DNA of 64,000 nt from Eukaryota sp. GEM-RC1. Lineage: Eukaryota. The translations under genes were made by a program, and so were the position numbers. The number at the start of each line of letters is the position of its first letter. Within the stretch, counting starts at the first letter, position 1. A model generated the notes under the pieces. The model saw nothing but the letters and a program-made list of their open reading frames with translations, did not search any database and was not told the origin of the DNA. Location: positions 3,224,001 to 3,288,000 of the forward strand of contig JAUFOQ010000002.1 of the NCBI GenBank assembly GCA_040285855.1, written 5' to 3'. Positions 13,227-25,854 of this stretch are shown piece by piece.

Positions 13227-14547
13227 CTAAATATAACACTTATAAAAATCAACCATACCAACATGTCGAATTGCGCATAAATGTCGAACATAGCACTTCG
13301 ACGTCAGATCAAACTCTAGTCCAACAGTTGTGCTCTTGATATACTTTTGCAGCAAGCCCTTATCATTAGCCAGATTCTCAAAAGCCTTTAACGATGACTT
13401 TGCACTAAAATCAACAACTTTAAACAATGTTGTACCAGAATGCTCAACTTTCCACTCATCTTTTAACAGAATATTGCTCTCAGTCAAATTTAAATAATAC
13501 TGAGTGTAATCTAAAACAACTCCGCTTGTCTTATTATACTTATATAATCTAACACCAGGATTATTCCCAGACCAAGACAGAACCTCAGTTGGACCATCAC
13601 CTATAGGAACTACAGCAGGAGAAATAAACAGAGGAGCAGCTACATTGTCATTCTTATAATCCCATAAAAGTCTGAAGGACGAGCTATGTTGGTGACCTGA
13701 AAACATTGAGAGGACTCGTGAGTGACGGAAACCTTCCTGTAAAGAATCTAAAAACTTTGAATTAAACTGTGGCTGGAAGTTGCTAACTGTGGCAGCAAAA
13801 GGATCAAAAGGACCAGGAGGAATGTGACAAAAGACTAAGGCTTTCCTATCAGTTTTGATGAGGCGCTTCATTTCTGATTCAATCCATTTGAATTGATGGG
13901 AAGGATCATGGTTTGGGATGGTTTCAAAGTCCATTGTGAAGTAGTAGTTGGTATTGAGAACTAAGATGGTAAGCCTCTCTGTTAGATCCATACGATAATA
14001 TCCTCCATGAAGATAGTTCTCATGTTGATCTTTGGGAATGTATGGAGCCCAAAGATCCAGGGTATCCTTGAAGATATACCTTGTGAGAGGAGAGAACTGG
14101 TGAGCAGGGATGATGTCACTGAGGTAAGGTAGAACAAGGGGCATACTGATTTCCTAACAAGTTTATGAGAGGGGTTCCAGGGAAGGTTTTTTCCAATTTG
14201 GAGGTAAAATGAGCTAAAACGTTCTTAAGAATCTCTTTGTTGAACTCAGTGTGCTTGAGAACCGACCTCTGGGGGATTATGTCACCTAGAAAGGTAACAA
14301 AGTCAGGATTAGGATGGGTTTCTTTCATGAAGGAAAGGGCTGATAGCATTAAAGAAGAAGGAGAACAGCATGAGTGATCACCAAAAGTACCTGCACTTCC
14401 AGCTCCACTGATACAGACAGTTTCAGGATCAGATCCAACTTCATAATTCCACTGATAATGGACATCATTGATGATCCAGAAATGCCCTACATCAGATGTA
14501 GCTAGTAGTGTTGTAATAAAGAGTAGAAGAATGAGTAGAGTAAGCAT
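13227..14547 (-). CDS. Acid sphingomyelinase-like metallophosphoesterase (SMPDL3-like), secreted; one intron
   Basis: Signal peptide, DVH, LGD, GNH|D (restored by splicing 14119-14146), HIPPG, GHQH and NNPGVRLY. Confidence 0.92.
14119..14146 (-). other. 28-nt spliceosomal intron
   Basis: GTATG...CTTACCTCAG. Removal restores the invariant GNHD motif. Confidence 0.93.
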
Positions 14548-14618
14548 CTTCAAGTCAAAGCTTTTCTTTTCTGAAAACTGTTTCAGATCACATCCGTCAT
14601 AAACAATGACCTATACGT

Positions 14619-15935
14619 ATGCCTCTTAAAGACCTCCATCCATCAAAGATGGTCCTATTCTATCTCTCTCCGATGTTCTATCTCATCAATTCACATCAAA
14701 GTCTTTTTTTCTCATGTGTTGGCGTAACTCTTGAAGTATCTCTTCCTAGAGCTACTCAAGGCTCAGATTGTGTTATGTTTGTCACAATCATTGATAAAAC
14801 TCACAAATCTCTTCAAAAATCCGCTCTTGTTAACATATTTGCTAAACCATCTATTCTATCACAAGTTCTCCTTTCTATTAGACCAGGATGCCTCCTTGTA
14901 CTTCGATCTGCAATTATTGACAAGCGCTCCTCCCCCGCCATAATCACTATCAACTCCTTGGCTTCTAAATTCATTTCCGTCCATGAACCTTCTTCAACTC
15001 CAACTCATCTCTCTGGATTGGCTCCTCCCCCTCACTTCCTTCCTGTTTTAACCTCTCTCTCTTCCTGGTGCCAAGGATTCTTTGCTCAACAGTCTGGGTC
15101 TATTCAAAACTGTGACTACAATTACCCATCTTCAGGGCGATTAATACAGCTCAATGATGACGATTTTCTTATGACTTCTTCTGACTCCACGATTTGCCGG
15201 CAAACTGCTTCGCTGGCATCCTATGATTATCATTGTTGCACCGTTGCTATTCCTTCTTCCACTTTCTTTTTCCATCTTTCCTGTCTTGTACCAGGAATGG
15301 CTATAAGAATCAAACAATGTCAAATATCAAAAGATGAAGGTCAAATTCTTTGCCACAATAGATCTTCAATTATTATTCTTCATGAGGTGTTAACACCGCT
15401 ATTCGGAATTCCCTCTTTGGAATCGTCAGCAATCAAACCTGTGATTAACACTATATTTGCTTCAGAAACTACTCATATATCGGGCTTAGATTTTGCCACT
15501 AGACATTTGTTTTCTTTTATCAAAAGTGGCGATTTTCCTTCAGAAAAAACTAGAGTTTTACCAAGTATAATTAAGTGCAAAGTTCATGCAGTATATCCTT
15601 CAATCAGATCTGATTGGAGTGTAAACGTTTGCAGTGGCTGTAAGGCTTGGTCTTCAAGTTGTGAGTGCCTGTCATGCAGCTCTTTAGAGTCAACATCGGT
15701 ATCTCGATTGGTGCTTTTGGTTTCTTGTCTAACCACTTCTGCGTGCGCTAAAGTCGTTGTTTTGGATACACTTACTCCTAATCTATTTGAAAAGAAGGAA
15801 GGTGATGACGTTTCCTTGATTGACGAGCTGGTAGCTGGAGATAAGGTGGCTACAATGATAGTGTTTGGTTTTAGAAACAAGGTGAATTCTAAAACTCTAA
15901 TGTTGTTGAAATTATTTAAAATTGAAGATGAGTAG
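14619..15935 (+). CDS. POT1: POT1/TEBP-alpha-like OB-fold telomere-end binding protein
   Basis: PLKDL..VGV..PRATQGSD..VTIID..VNIF..G.L.LR matches the POT1 OB1 pattern, and there is a C-terminal CxxC-containing OB region. The exact start is uncertain (ATG 14606 or 14619). Confidence 0.65.
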   Translation: MPLKDLHPSKMVLFYLSPMFYLINSHQSLFFSCVGVTLEVSLPRATQGSDCVMFVTIIDKTHKSLQKSALVNIFAKPSILSQVLLSIRPGCLLVLRSAIIDKRSSPAIITINSLASKFISVHEPSSTPTHLSGLAPPPHFLPVLTSLSSWCQGFFAQQSGSIQNCDYNYPSSGRLIQLNDDDFLMTSSDSTICRQTASLASYDYHCCTVAIPSSTFFFHLSCLVPGMAIRIKQCQISKDEGQILCHNRSSIIILHEVLTPLFGIPSLESSAIKPVINTIFASETTHISGLDFATRHLFSFIKSGDFPSEKTRVLPSIIKCKVHAVYPSIRSDWSVNVCSGCKAWSSSCECLSCSSLESTSVSRLVLLVSCLTTSACAKVVVLDTLTPNLFEKKEGDDVSLIDELVAGDKVATMIVFGFRNKVNSKTLMLLKLFKIEDE

Positions 15936-17115
15936 GGTGGTTGAATTTGCTGATTATTTACGATTTATTCAAACAGCTGCTTTTTGAGAATGTTTGTAAC
16001 TTAAGTTTTTAAGTGTATGAACGAATTCATTATTTGAATATTTGTTCTCTATTATTTGTCAGCAAACACGTTTTTTGTTACAAGAACCATTTCCTAAACA
16101 TTCCTTTAAACTAGGTTTTGAGTTCTCTCTCTTTGAGTGAGTTGTAGCTCCTGGTTTATATTCAAAAAGAAAATTCGCGGTCTAACTTTCACCGATTTTA
16201 ACGTAATTCCAATTCTAGTCTCCAACACTTTACTGTCTTGAGGTGTCCTATTTGAGGTTACTATCGAATCCTAGGAAATTTCGGGGACAAGTAAAATTAT
16301 TATTAATTCTCCCGACAATGCCTACATGTACTACTCATAAAAAAGAGGGTTTTCAAACGCTTTAATCATATGTTATAGTTGAATCGGATCGTTTTTATTG
16401 TTTTTAAAACAATTCCTCTAATCATCACCAAAGCTTTGCTAGCTGTGAGTTCCTTTTGTGAGTCCAAAGCTGTTGTGAGATTTGATTTAGTTGTTTCGTA
16501 TATTACATTTACAATAAATTAACAAAATCAAACACAAAAATTACATTTATAAATATCAGTTAGTAGTAGATGAACTTTTTGGAATTAAGCAAATAAATAG
16601 GGCTTTTGGCATCAGATTTGTTTGTTTATCGATTCAGCTGACAATTACTTCATTTTTAATCTTTGATTGGTTTCATTTTTTTTGTATTCCTGATGTTGGC
16701 TTGGGTTGGGAATGTTCCTAAAATTTTCGAAGAATTATTCCTTCATATGACATTGAAAAACACATTATTGTTTAAAAAACAGGACACGATCCCGCATTTG
16801 AACACCTCAACGTCAATCAAATTTGAGTATCACAAATGCTAGTGACGTCACCATTGGTGTTGTCAGTTAAATACTGTTTTTCTACACTAGTGTCCGATCT
16901 GTCTCTGATGTATAAGTCTCTAGAAATCTTGAGGTCGAACATTGACTGAAGAAGATATATAATTGTAAATACTATTCAATTGAAAACTAAACCTTTAAAA
17001 AGTAAATACTAGTTTGGTGTTATTACTTTAATCATACAAAAAGCTCCTTCTTGTCAATGCTGGAAACGTTTATAGTACACTAATTACCGATGATCTCATT
17101 GCCTACTGGCGAAGT

Positions 17116-17367
17116 GTGCCCAGCTACTGGTTATTTCAAAGAAATGATGGAATGTATCTTAACGGAACAAATTCCGTATGCTTGAGCAAGTTCGCCAACT
17201 ACCACCCCGAGCACAATGCTTTCTTAAAGGACTTCAATGATGTGAACGGGAAAAAGCTGGTTGGTCTGTATGCCCTTAGACCTTTGAAGGACGAGGAAGT
17301 TTTCTTATCTTACGATTGGTACTTCCCTAAGGACAGGAACTCCTTTTTAATTAGTGATTTTAAATAG
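17116..17367 (+). pseudogene. SET-domain fragment
   Basis: SKFANYHPEHNA..VGLYALRPLK.EEVFLSYDW resembles the SET motifs RFxNH..PN..ELxxxY. There is no intact upstream frame. Confidence 0.55.
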
Positions 17368-17379
17368 TGTTTCAGTCGA

Positions 17380-18265
17380 AAAGAGAAGGAATCCAAAAGA
17401 ACATGTACAATCAAGTACTTAAATGGTATCAAAAGGCTGCAGATTTGGATTATCTGAGTAATTCAATTGAGTTTACTTAAAATTCTTATAGAAGGGTTAA
17501 TATACATATTATTCCAGTAACTTGTCCTACTTACATTCAAAAGGAATTGTCCATCATGATATTAAACCTCAGAATGTCATTATAGTAAACTCACACAAAC
17601 TCGTACTGACATTTGATTCTTGGACCATGTAAAACTACGCTTCAACTCTGCAAGTAACTCCGAAGTATACTCATCCAGAAGCTTTCATGAAGATCTATTG
17701 TCCAGTTTTTGACGTTTATAGTCTGGGAATATTACTCACTGTGATAGAGAAAGCTTGTTACAAACATCATTTGAAAGCCACTTACCACGTGTCAGTTTTT
17801 GGCAAGGTTGTGTAAAAGACAGATTTGTCACCAACAGTAAGAAATTACTTGAAATGAATAAATTTCAATGTACAAAATTAGAAATCAAACTAAAAAGTAA
17901 AAAATTAAATATTTCTAAAAATGTGAAATTCTAAGTAGTGAAAATTCCTTCCTCCACTGAATAGAATTACACAAATATTCTTAGAAAAGTAACTCAAACA
18001 GTAATCAAAAAAGTCAAGTTGAAAGAGACCATTGACCAAGGAGATGCTCTCAAAGGGAAAGTGACACGTGGATGATGACGCGATAAAATAAGAGCGGAGA
18101 AAAGTAACGATGGTAAAACAGAGTAAGCTGTAATGGTTAGTACCACTGGGAAGAAGCTAAAGACTAGTGATGACGTGAGGCAAGAACTTGATGAAGGTAC
18201 GTGAAACGATCTTCACTTTTAAATATCACAGGGAGTTGTGCTCATGAATTGTATTTCTTGAGAGA
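17380..18265 (+). pseudogene. Duplicated segment carrying a Ser/Thr kinase pseudogene (copy 1)
   Basis: YLHSKGIVHHDIKPQNVII..KYTHPEA..FDVYSLGILL with frameshifts. Colinear with 40475-41595. Confidence 0.8.
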
Positions 18266-18663
18266 TGTATGAAGAGGGGATCGTTGCAACTTCGTAAATT
18301 AGGAACTAGAAAAAGGATTTCTTTCAGTAGATCTTCAGTTTTCGAACAGAAGGAAACCCTGCTAGTGTGACATCTCTCAAAAATCTTACTACTAAAACCA
18401 TTAAAAATTTCCAGTTACTGATCACATCACCATTTCTCTTACTAAAAAGATTCAGAAATGTGCAGACGTCAATTATACAAGTCAGTACCGTTATGATAAA
18501 AATGAAAGACAAAACGTGTATTCCGAATAGAAAATATAAAACTTTTCGAACAACATAATTTGAAATTATTGTTCTGTACAAAAAACTCAAAAAAACGCAC
18601 AAAAGATTCACCTACAAAATATTGAAAATTTTCAATCATAAAACCCCCTAAAAACACACATCA

Positions 18664-19851
18664 TCAAGACTTCAAAAGCAACTCTAAGCCCTGCAGAGCA
18701 TAAGCTTCAGTAGACTGCATCAAAAACCAATCCCAACCCTTAACAGCTTCCTCTTCTCTCTTCACAACCTGAGGTGGAGGTCTGTGAACAACTGGTGGTT
18801 GAACCTCTTCTTGACGCTGTTGAACCATAGGAGGGGGATTCGGTTGGCGGTGTTGATTCTGAAGAACAACTGGCTGTCTAGAAGGATAAGGAGGAGGATT
18901 GTTAGGAACAAATGGTCTCGGTGTTCCACTTCCCTGTTTACCCCATCCTAATCTAATTTGATTGGATCCAATGATGTGACCGTGAAGGCCAGTGATTGCA
19001 GCAGCTGCTGAGTCATGACGGTCAAATTGAACAAACGCAATCCCCTTAGCAGGAATCACTTTTGTATTAACAATAGTACCAAAACTAGCAAAGATTTGAG
19101 GTATAGTAAATTGATCAACATTAGGAGGTAGGTTTCCAATAAACACAGTGCAATTGCCTCTTTCATTAGGATCACTCGCTATTGAGATTGCGGAGTTCAT
19201 GGAGTCGGTAAAGGTAGTTTCAGTACGATTAGGTTTCTTAAAAGGAGGAACGGAGAGGTCCCGGGTAGGAGCCTGTCTAAAGCCAAGTGAAGGATGTTGC
19301 ATGGGAGGACGTGGAGGAGGGAGGGGAGATTTAGTGATTGGAGCACCTTTACCAGAAGAAGTTGAGACACGTATGGGTTTGCCGAATACAGGTTGGCCAT
19401 TCATGTCAACTATGGCCTGAGAGGCTTCCGCAGCATCCCCAAATCTAACAAACCCAAACCCCTTGGATCTACCAACGTGGTCAACCAAGACACGCGCTGA
19501 ACGAACAGAAGGGTAAGTTGGTTTGAAGATGTTGAAGAGTTGTTCGTCGGTTATAGTAAAGGGAAGATCTCCTACGTATATGGAGACGTCGTTTTGGGAG
19601 CCTCCAGATCCCCAGTTAAGTCTGTAGGATTTGTTGGTGTTAGGAATAGGTTGGCCATTGAGTTCAAGAGCTTGTAGAGCAGCTTCGTGAGAATTAAAGG
19701 TGACGAAACCATAGCCTGAACAGATGTTTGATTCTCGTGAACGCATTATTTTGACGTTTTCAATGTCACCTATATGAGCGAACATGCTGCGAAGTGTATG
19801 GTCATCAGCTTGAGGGTCTAAGTCCCCTACCCAGATGTTTCGTTGAGCCAT
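18664..19851 (-). CDS. Three-RRM RNA-binding protein, Nam8/RBP45-47/TRNAU1AP family
   Basis: IWVGDL..GYGFVTF..YRLNW, IYVGDL..SKGFGFVRF and NCTVFIGNL..IRLGWGK. Confidence 0.9.
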   Translation of the reverse strand: MAQRNIWVGDLDPQADDHTLRSMFAHIGDIENVKIMRSRESNICSGYGFVTFNSHEAALQALELNGQPIPNTNKSYRLNWGSGGSQNDVSIYVGDLPFTITDEQLFNIFKPTYPSVRSARVLVDHVGRSKGFGFVRFGDAAEASQAIVDMNGQPVFGKPIRVSTSSGKGAPITKSPLPPPRPPMQHPSLGFRQAPTRDLSVPPFKKPNRTETTFTDSMNSAISIASDPNERGNCTVFIGNLPPNVDQFTIPQIFASFGTIVNTKVIPAKGIAFVQFDRHDSAAAAITGLHGHIIGSNQIRLGWGKQGSGTPRPFVPNNPPPYPSRQPVVLQNQHRQPNPPPMVQQRQEEVQPPVVHRPPPQVVKREEEAVKGWDWFLMQSTEAYALQGLELLLKS

Positions 19852-19923
19852 GAGAAAAGCGAATTATTCCATCATTGATACTCTCCTCTATCTACTAAGC
19901 TTTCAACTCTCTGATACTCTCAC

Positions 19924-21604
19924 ATGGATGAAACAGACAGTAACCCTCCACCAGACATAGTTGAACCCAAGTCTCCTGTCCAAAATTCCCCGCCAAAACG
20001 AGCTCCTAGTAGCTTTTCTACTCCCAAATACACCCCCTCAGAATCTGACGCTGTCAACTCTGCTCACAGATCGATTGCTCGACAACGAATGGCTGAATTC
20101 TCTAAACATACAGACGAGCTTCGACTTGGCATTACTGACTCAGATGAACATGAAAAAAAGATTGCTCACTTGCGGAAGCTCCGTCAAGACGAAAAAGAAC
20201 GCAGAAGAAAACGCTTTGCTGAACTCAAAGAACGAAGACAATATGTCTTAAAGCAAGAAGAAGAGGAGGAGCAGAAACGCAAGCAGGAAGAAGATCAGAA
20301 GAAGGCTGAATACTTGGAACATCTTAAACAAAGACAGGAAATCCTTGAAAAGAAGAGACAAGATCGCAAACAGCAAATGAAGCAGGCGAAACAAAACTAT
20401 AAGGATTTCAAGAAGAAAATCCATGACAATCCCCCCTTTGCATGAGGTTATGTCCAAACAATTTGAAGAGAATTATGAGAAAGAAGTTGAGAAACAACGT
20501 AAAGAGGCTTTAAAGCAAATCAAAGAGTCTAGACGGGAAATTGATATTAAAAAAGTAGCCCGAGAAGGGGGAGGAAAATTTAAAATTGATTGAAGAACGA
20601 ACACGTCAGCGATTAGAACAACGTATTAAGGATAGATCCCCGCCTAAAGTTCTGAAAACAGTGTACCGAACTAAAGTAGTAGACAAAATTATAGAAGAAG
20701 AGGAATTGTCTCGAAATCAGCACGTCATTGCACGTCAACAGGCCAGAATGTTACGTGATCAGATCAAGGATTACAATGAAAAGGTCAGAAAGAACCACAA
20801 ACCAGTTGTATCTAAAGCAAAACAACAAGAAATGCAAGAAATCATTTGGAAATCACTTCACCCAGCCCCCACCTTCCAAGAACGACTTCAAGCTCCATGG
20901 GTAACTGATGACGTCAAGTTGCCTGATTTGAATCGAGATCCAATCACCTCTCAAGAAATTCGTGCAAGGGAAAGAGGCATCTTCAGTGGATGATACTGAT
21001 ATAGAGATCACTCAATCACAGAAGAAGGGCAGGGAATCACGTAATCGATCTAAGAAAATTCTAAGTAAAAAGGCATTGAAGGAAGAACGAAAACCTGTTG
21101 TTAAGCCACTTAAAAAGCCAATTAAAAATGATAATCAAGGTGACGTCACCAAGTCGAGTGGTAAGGAGCATCGAATGACGAAAAAAAGTAAATGGTGGTG
21201 AAAGTCAACGACAATCAGGTAGAGATCATCAATCAAAGTCTGATGATAGCCATGGTGACGTTTTGAGTGGTAAAGAACACCGAGACCGATCGAAAAAGAA
21301 ATCAAATGGGGATGAAAGTCAACGACAATCAGGCAGAAATCATCAATCAAAATCCGATTCAAAATCTGCTCGAAAAAGCAGGAGAAAAGATTCTTCCAGA
21401 TCCACTAAATCTTCAATAACAGTTTCAACGACTCCTACTCCTCCTTCCGTAGTTGAGTCTTTGGACGAGGTCAGACTGCAATCACAGAGGTCAAGAAAGC
21501 AATTGGAGTCGATGGGATTTCTTGATGAGGATGTGGCAAGTGTTAATCAAAAGATAATTGATGGTGATGAGATGATTTCGACTCTGAATGATGAGTTGAC
21601 GTAA
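19924..21604 (+). CDS. Charged coiled-coil protein of unknown function
   Basis: The ORF pieces join into one frame when one base is removed from homopolymers at about 20433 (C6), 20569 (G5), 20969 (G3) and 21184 (A7). There is an internal duplicated block of about 35 aa near the C-terminus. Confidence 0.65.
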
Positions 21605-22014
21605 TGATGACGTGTTATGTTTTTGACATTGAGTCAAGAATTCACTCTTTTGTATGATATTTGTATAGTGTTTGGTTAAGGCATCTTCAGGAACTTAAGG
21701 TGTATTTATTTAATTATTGTGAAGTTTGAGAATTATGATAAAGAACTGATTATTTGTACATTAAAGACCTACTCTAAAATGCAGAAATCTTTTGAATAGA
21801 AATCAGAATCGATAGCTAAATCTTTCACAAAACATCTCTGGTAATTGTACGAATTCCAGAAGAAATCGTAGCTCTGAGAATTCCAGGAATTACTGTAGTA
21901 CTCGTAAGTCTAGGAATTCCTGACCTAATAACCCAGTAATTGAAAAGTATGGTTTGAACTGATAACATTCTAATATTTTAACAAGTAAAAGTTTTACTAA
22001 AAATAGATATCCTT

Positions 22015-22700
22015 TTCCTGTTGAATTGCTCGCCAATTCTGAATGTATTTATAGTCATCGTCGCATTGCAACTTTTAGACAGGTAATTAATTGCCCCAAA
22101 TTTATTCAATTTCGCTCAGTTCTTCATAATGCTGTAAGAGATGTTACATTTGAAATGCTTAAGGCTCATGGATTTCATACCAAAGTTGAACTCAAAAGTA
22201 AAGTAAGTTGGGTCTGGATTTAATTAAAAATTCTCGTCGAGGTGACTTACATGGTCCTTTTGTTGATTCTAGTCAAATTATCCTTGATGTTACAACAGTA
22301 GATCCATATGCTCAAACTTAAGCTGACGGCTTAAATTCAAAAGGTTTCAATCACCTAGAAACAGCCGAAAATTGATCTGTGTTCCAAATAAGTTGCTAAA
22401 CTCAATCAAAATTGGTATTTGTTCCATTTGCTATTTCTATTTTTGGCAGTATTGGTGAAATGGCTTCTCAGTTTTTAACTGGTTTTGGATCCATGTGTAA
22501 GTCTCAGAATAAACAATTTTATTTATCAATTTGATCCTTTTGATTCGTTCGTTGTTCCGTTCAATGCCTCGGTTTTTTATATCAATTTTCACAAAGTTGT
22601 ATAAGAACTGTGGTACTGTTGATCCGGAACATTCGGTGTCTAGTGCTTCATAGCTTGTATTATGATATGTATTTTTATGCCCTTCATCGATAAACTTTTA
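22015..22700 (+). mobile_element. 5'-truncated RLE non-LTR retrotransposon fragment
   Basis: NCPKFIQFRSVLHNAVRD..HGFHTKVE, SRRGDL and DVTTVDP, all degraded. Confidence 0.8.
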
Positions 22701-22782
22701 TTTGTAATAACAATTCTTTAATTTTGCAAACGATAAACCAAGTTTCAAAATGTGCTATACCCCACTGAGAATGAATGATGTC

Positions 22783-23480
22783 TTATAGCAATTCATGGAG
22801 TTTGAAATACCGATATCGGCATTGAGTGTCAGTTCTTCCTCCAAGACAAGTAGAGATTCTTTTCCATCTTTTAGTGCCAAATTGGGAACACAGACGCATC
22901 AAACACCTGTCTTCTTCTCGAGTCCAAGGTTGTCTGTTAATATCAGATTTTAACACTCGATGCCAACGTTGACTACACTGATCTCCTGTTCGGCCATTTC
23001 CAACGGCTTCTGCCACATGCTTCCATCCCTGCCAGCTACCGTTGCCTTTTTGACGCAAAACACTATCAATTAATACAACATCTTCCTGCTCCTTCCAGAA
23101 TTTTTTTCTTGTTTGGTCTTCTTTTTTGTTCTGAGATGTTTTTAGTAGCTTTACACTGGCATTCGCTGTTTGGAGTAGAAATTGTTGATGCAGGATCAAT
23201 TGGTGTGTCGGAAATAAAAAGGTCATAAACCGATCTTCTCAATGAATCAACGGCTGTGTCCAAGAACTCGAAAAGACCTGTCAACCTACCGTGTTTTCCC
23301 ATTGCAATTGCGTACAGTTCTTCGATAATTGCGTCCCTTTTTGGATGATTCAACACGAACTCATTGAGTTCATATATAACCAGAATTTTCTCTGATGAAT
23401 AAGCATAAGGTTCTTGCTAGTTGCACATACGATTTCCATTGGTCGATGTGTTTTCTGTTGACGTGACTATTTCCAAATAA
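22783..23480 (-). CDS. R2R3 Myb-like DNA-binding protein (5' end unresolved)
   Basis: WKEQED..WKHVA..RTGDQCSQRW..WTREED..WKRIS..GRTDTQCRYRY. It joins the upstream ORF across an A7 run near 23105. Confidence 0.85.
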
Positions 23481-23832
23481 CTGTAAATCTTCTCTGTCTG
23501 ATATTCTTTAAACGAAGTTTTCTATAGTAAATATCTAAACACATGATGGTTGAAGAAGCGTCCTATATCTTTACTCCACCGTAAGAACACATCATTGACA
23601 GCAACCAGTAGTTTCATGAGATACATCACTTCCACTATTTCACCATGATTTGCATTCCTCTAGCCAAAAGTGATGCTTATGTTTTGATTATTGAACGAAG
23701 CGTTCCAGTCCTTCATTGAGGGGTGTACTGAGCATGGCTAGAGGTTATGACATGAGGAATATTGCACCACGTCATTTGTGCTATTCGAGATCAATTAATG
23801 AATGCATGTTTTGAACCTCTCCCCTCTCTCTC

Positions 23833-25854
23833 ATGACTCTTTCCCGGAACCTGGGATTATTCGATGTCTTCTCCATATGCTCTGGAGCTATGATTAGTTC
23901 TGGTATCTTTCTTCTTCCATCTGTTGCGTTTCGGATGACGGGTCCTTCAATGATTGCTGCATATCTTGTTGCTGCCTTGCTCATGGTTCCTACAGCGCTT
24001 GTCAAGGCAGAATTGGCCACAGGTATGCCAATCTCTGGTCTTACGTTCTATTCCGTTTTTCGTTCACTTGGTCCTTATTTCGGTTGTGTCTGTGGCTTTG
24101 CTTCATGGTTATCTATCACTTTCAAGGTTTGTCTTGTTTCTGTTTTAATTTTGGACTGCGTTTGCTTCCATGGGTCTTGGTAGCTTGTATACTGTTATAT
24201 ATCCAAATGCTTCACAGACAATGGTTTCTATGGTTGCTGTTCTCTGTGTAACATTCTTTGTGATATTGAACATATTTACGGTAGACGGAACCAAGTCTGT
24301 TCAAAAGTTCTTGGTTGCAGGGCTCTTGATCATCTTGACAGTTTTCAGTATAGCTGGTCTCAAAGAACTACCAGACAATGCCGACAACTTCACACCTTTT
24401 CTCACCAGTGGTTGGGCGATCTTCTTTGCCACTGTTGGTACGGTTTCTGTAGCATATGGAGGATTAACCAAGATTGTGGCCCTTTCGTATGTAAACTGTT
24501 CTATATACTTACCTCAGCGAAGAGATCAAAAATCCCAGTAAGACTATTCCTAATGGTATCTTCCTCAGCTTCTTCTCTATACTGTTTCTCTATGTCTTGA
24601 TATTGATTGTTGTTGTTACCGCTCTTACGCCTGATGAACTAGCATCGTCATATACACCTGTAGCCGATGCCGCTGAAAAGGCTTTTGGATCGTGGGCAGC
24701 TATGGCCATCAACGTCGCTTCTTTCCTTGCGTATGCCACTACTTGTAATAGTGGTGTGCTATCATCAGCTCGCTCCCCTGTAGCTATGTCACGAGACAAC
24801 ATTCTCCCAAAGTTCCTGGGCTACACCTCCCCTAAGTACAAAACTCCAATAGCTGGTCTTATTGCTACTTGGGCTATAATCGTAGCCACTCTAATTAGCT
24901 TGGATGTTGAAGGTCTCGCAAAAGTGGCTAGTGCCCAGTTTTTACTCAGTAACTTGTTAGTTATGGCTGCTGGAATAATCTTTAGGTATTCAAGATTCGC
25001 TCTTTACCAACCATCATTTAAAACATTTGCTTTCCCCTTTCTCAACATCATTGGTATTCTATTCAATGTATTTCTGTTAATTGATATGGGATCTGTCAGT
25101 TATCTCTCAATTTCTGTCATGCTTGTTGTTCTTCTTGTTTGGCATTTGATCTATGTTAGAAAAAGGACAACTGACGCAGAGTGTATCATTGCTTTTCTCA
25201 GAACGAAACCATCGTCTGTCGCACGATCAGTAATTGAGGATGAACTTCTGGCAATCAGAACTACAGATCTAAAGCCAGATCAATTTGATGAAATTACTGA
25301 AAGATCAACAGTGATTGATGCTGACGTCACCACCTCACGTGAGGCTTTTTAATCTATGTGCTGATGCAATTGAAGATCGTTTTGATATAGACGCTATTCA
25401 TTCCAATAATGTGCTAGTTGAAGCTGAATATAAGGGAGGTTTCGACGTTGCACCTAAGATAGCTGTTTTTAACGTTGCAGTTAGTGAGCGAACAGATTTC
25501 TTGGAATTGGTCATTTTTAGATCGAAAAAAGGTGTTAAATTCTTCGACACAACGGTTTGCAATTTAATTTTTGTTTTTGTGACTTCTGAAAAGTTTTCCA
25601 GTAATTTTCTCCAATGTTTTAATAGTCTTTGTAAATCTGTCGCTAGGAAAGAATTCCTGCAGCAAGCTCTTACTGTTAGAACTCATCGTAATTTACAAGA
25701 GTTATTCTTCGTATGTGAACGGAAAAGATATTATTATTCTGGAACTGATGACGTTGTTCTTGGAACTATTCCTGTCAGAAGGAATTCTGTTATCGAAGAA
25801 TATTCCAGAAGTAATTCTGCTACTGAAATGGACTATATTCTCCTTAATGATTGA
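23833..25854 (+). CDS. APC-family amino acid permease with a C-terminal PTS EIIA-like domain; two introns
   Basis: LGLFDVFSICSGAMISSGIF, KAELATGMP, S|EEIKNPSKTIP and SARSPVAMSRD motifs. Introns at 24127-24154 and 24487-24517; T-run break at about 25350. Confidence 0.9.
24127..24154 (+). other. 28-nt intron with non-canonical GT-GG ends
   Basis: GTTTG...TTTTAATTTTGG. Removal gives ITFK|TAFASMGLG, and there is no AG in or next to the interval. Confidence 0.75.
24487..24517 (+). other. 31-nt spliceosomal intron
   Basis: GTATG...CTTACCTCAG. Removal restores LSEEIKNP. Confidence 0.92.

Noticed and set aside
14606..14720. 15-nt or GG-ending intron at the POT1 5' end (GTATG at 14617)
   Set aside because: Several splice or indel solutions fit equally well, and the unspliced frame already gives a POT1-like PLKDL. 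It cannot be resolved without RNA data.
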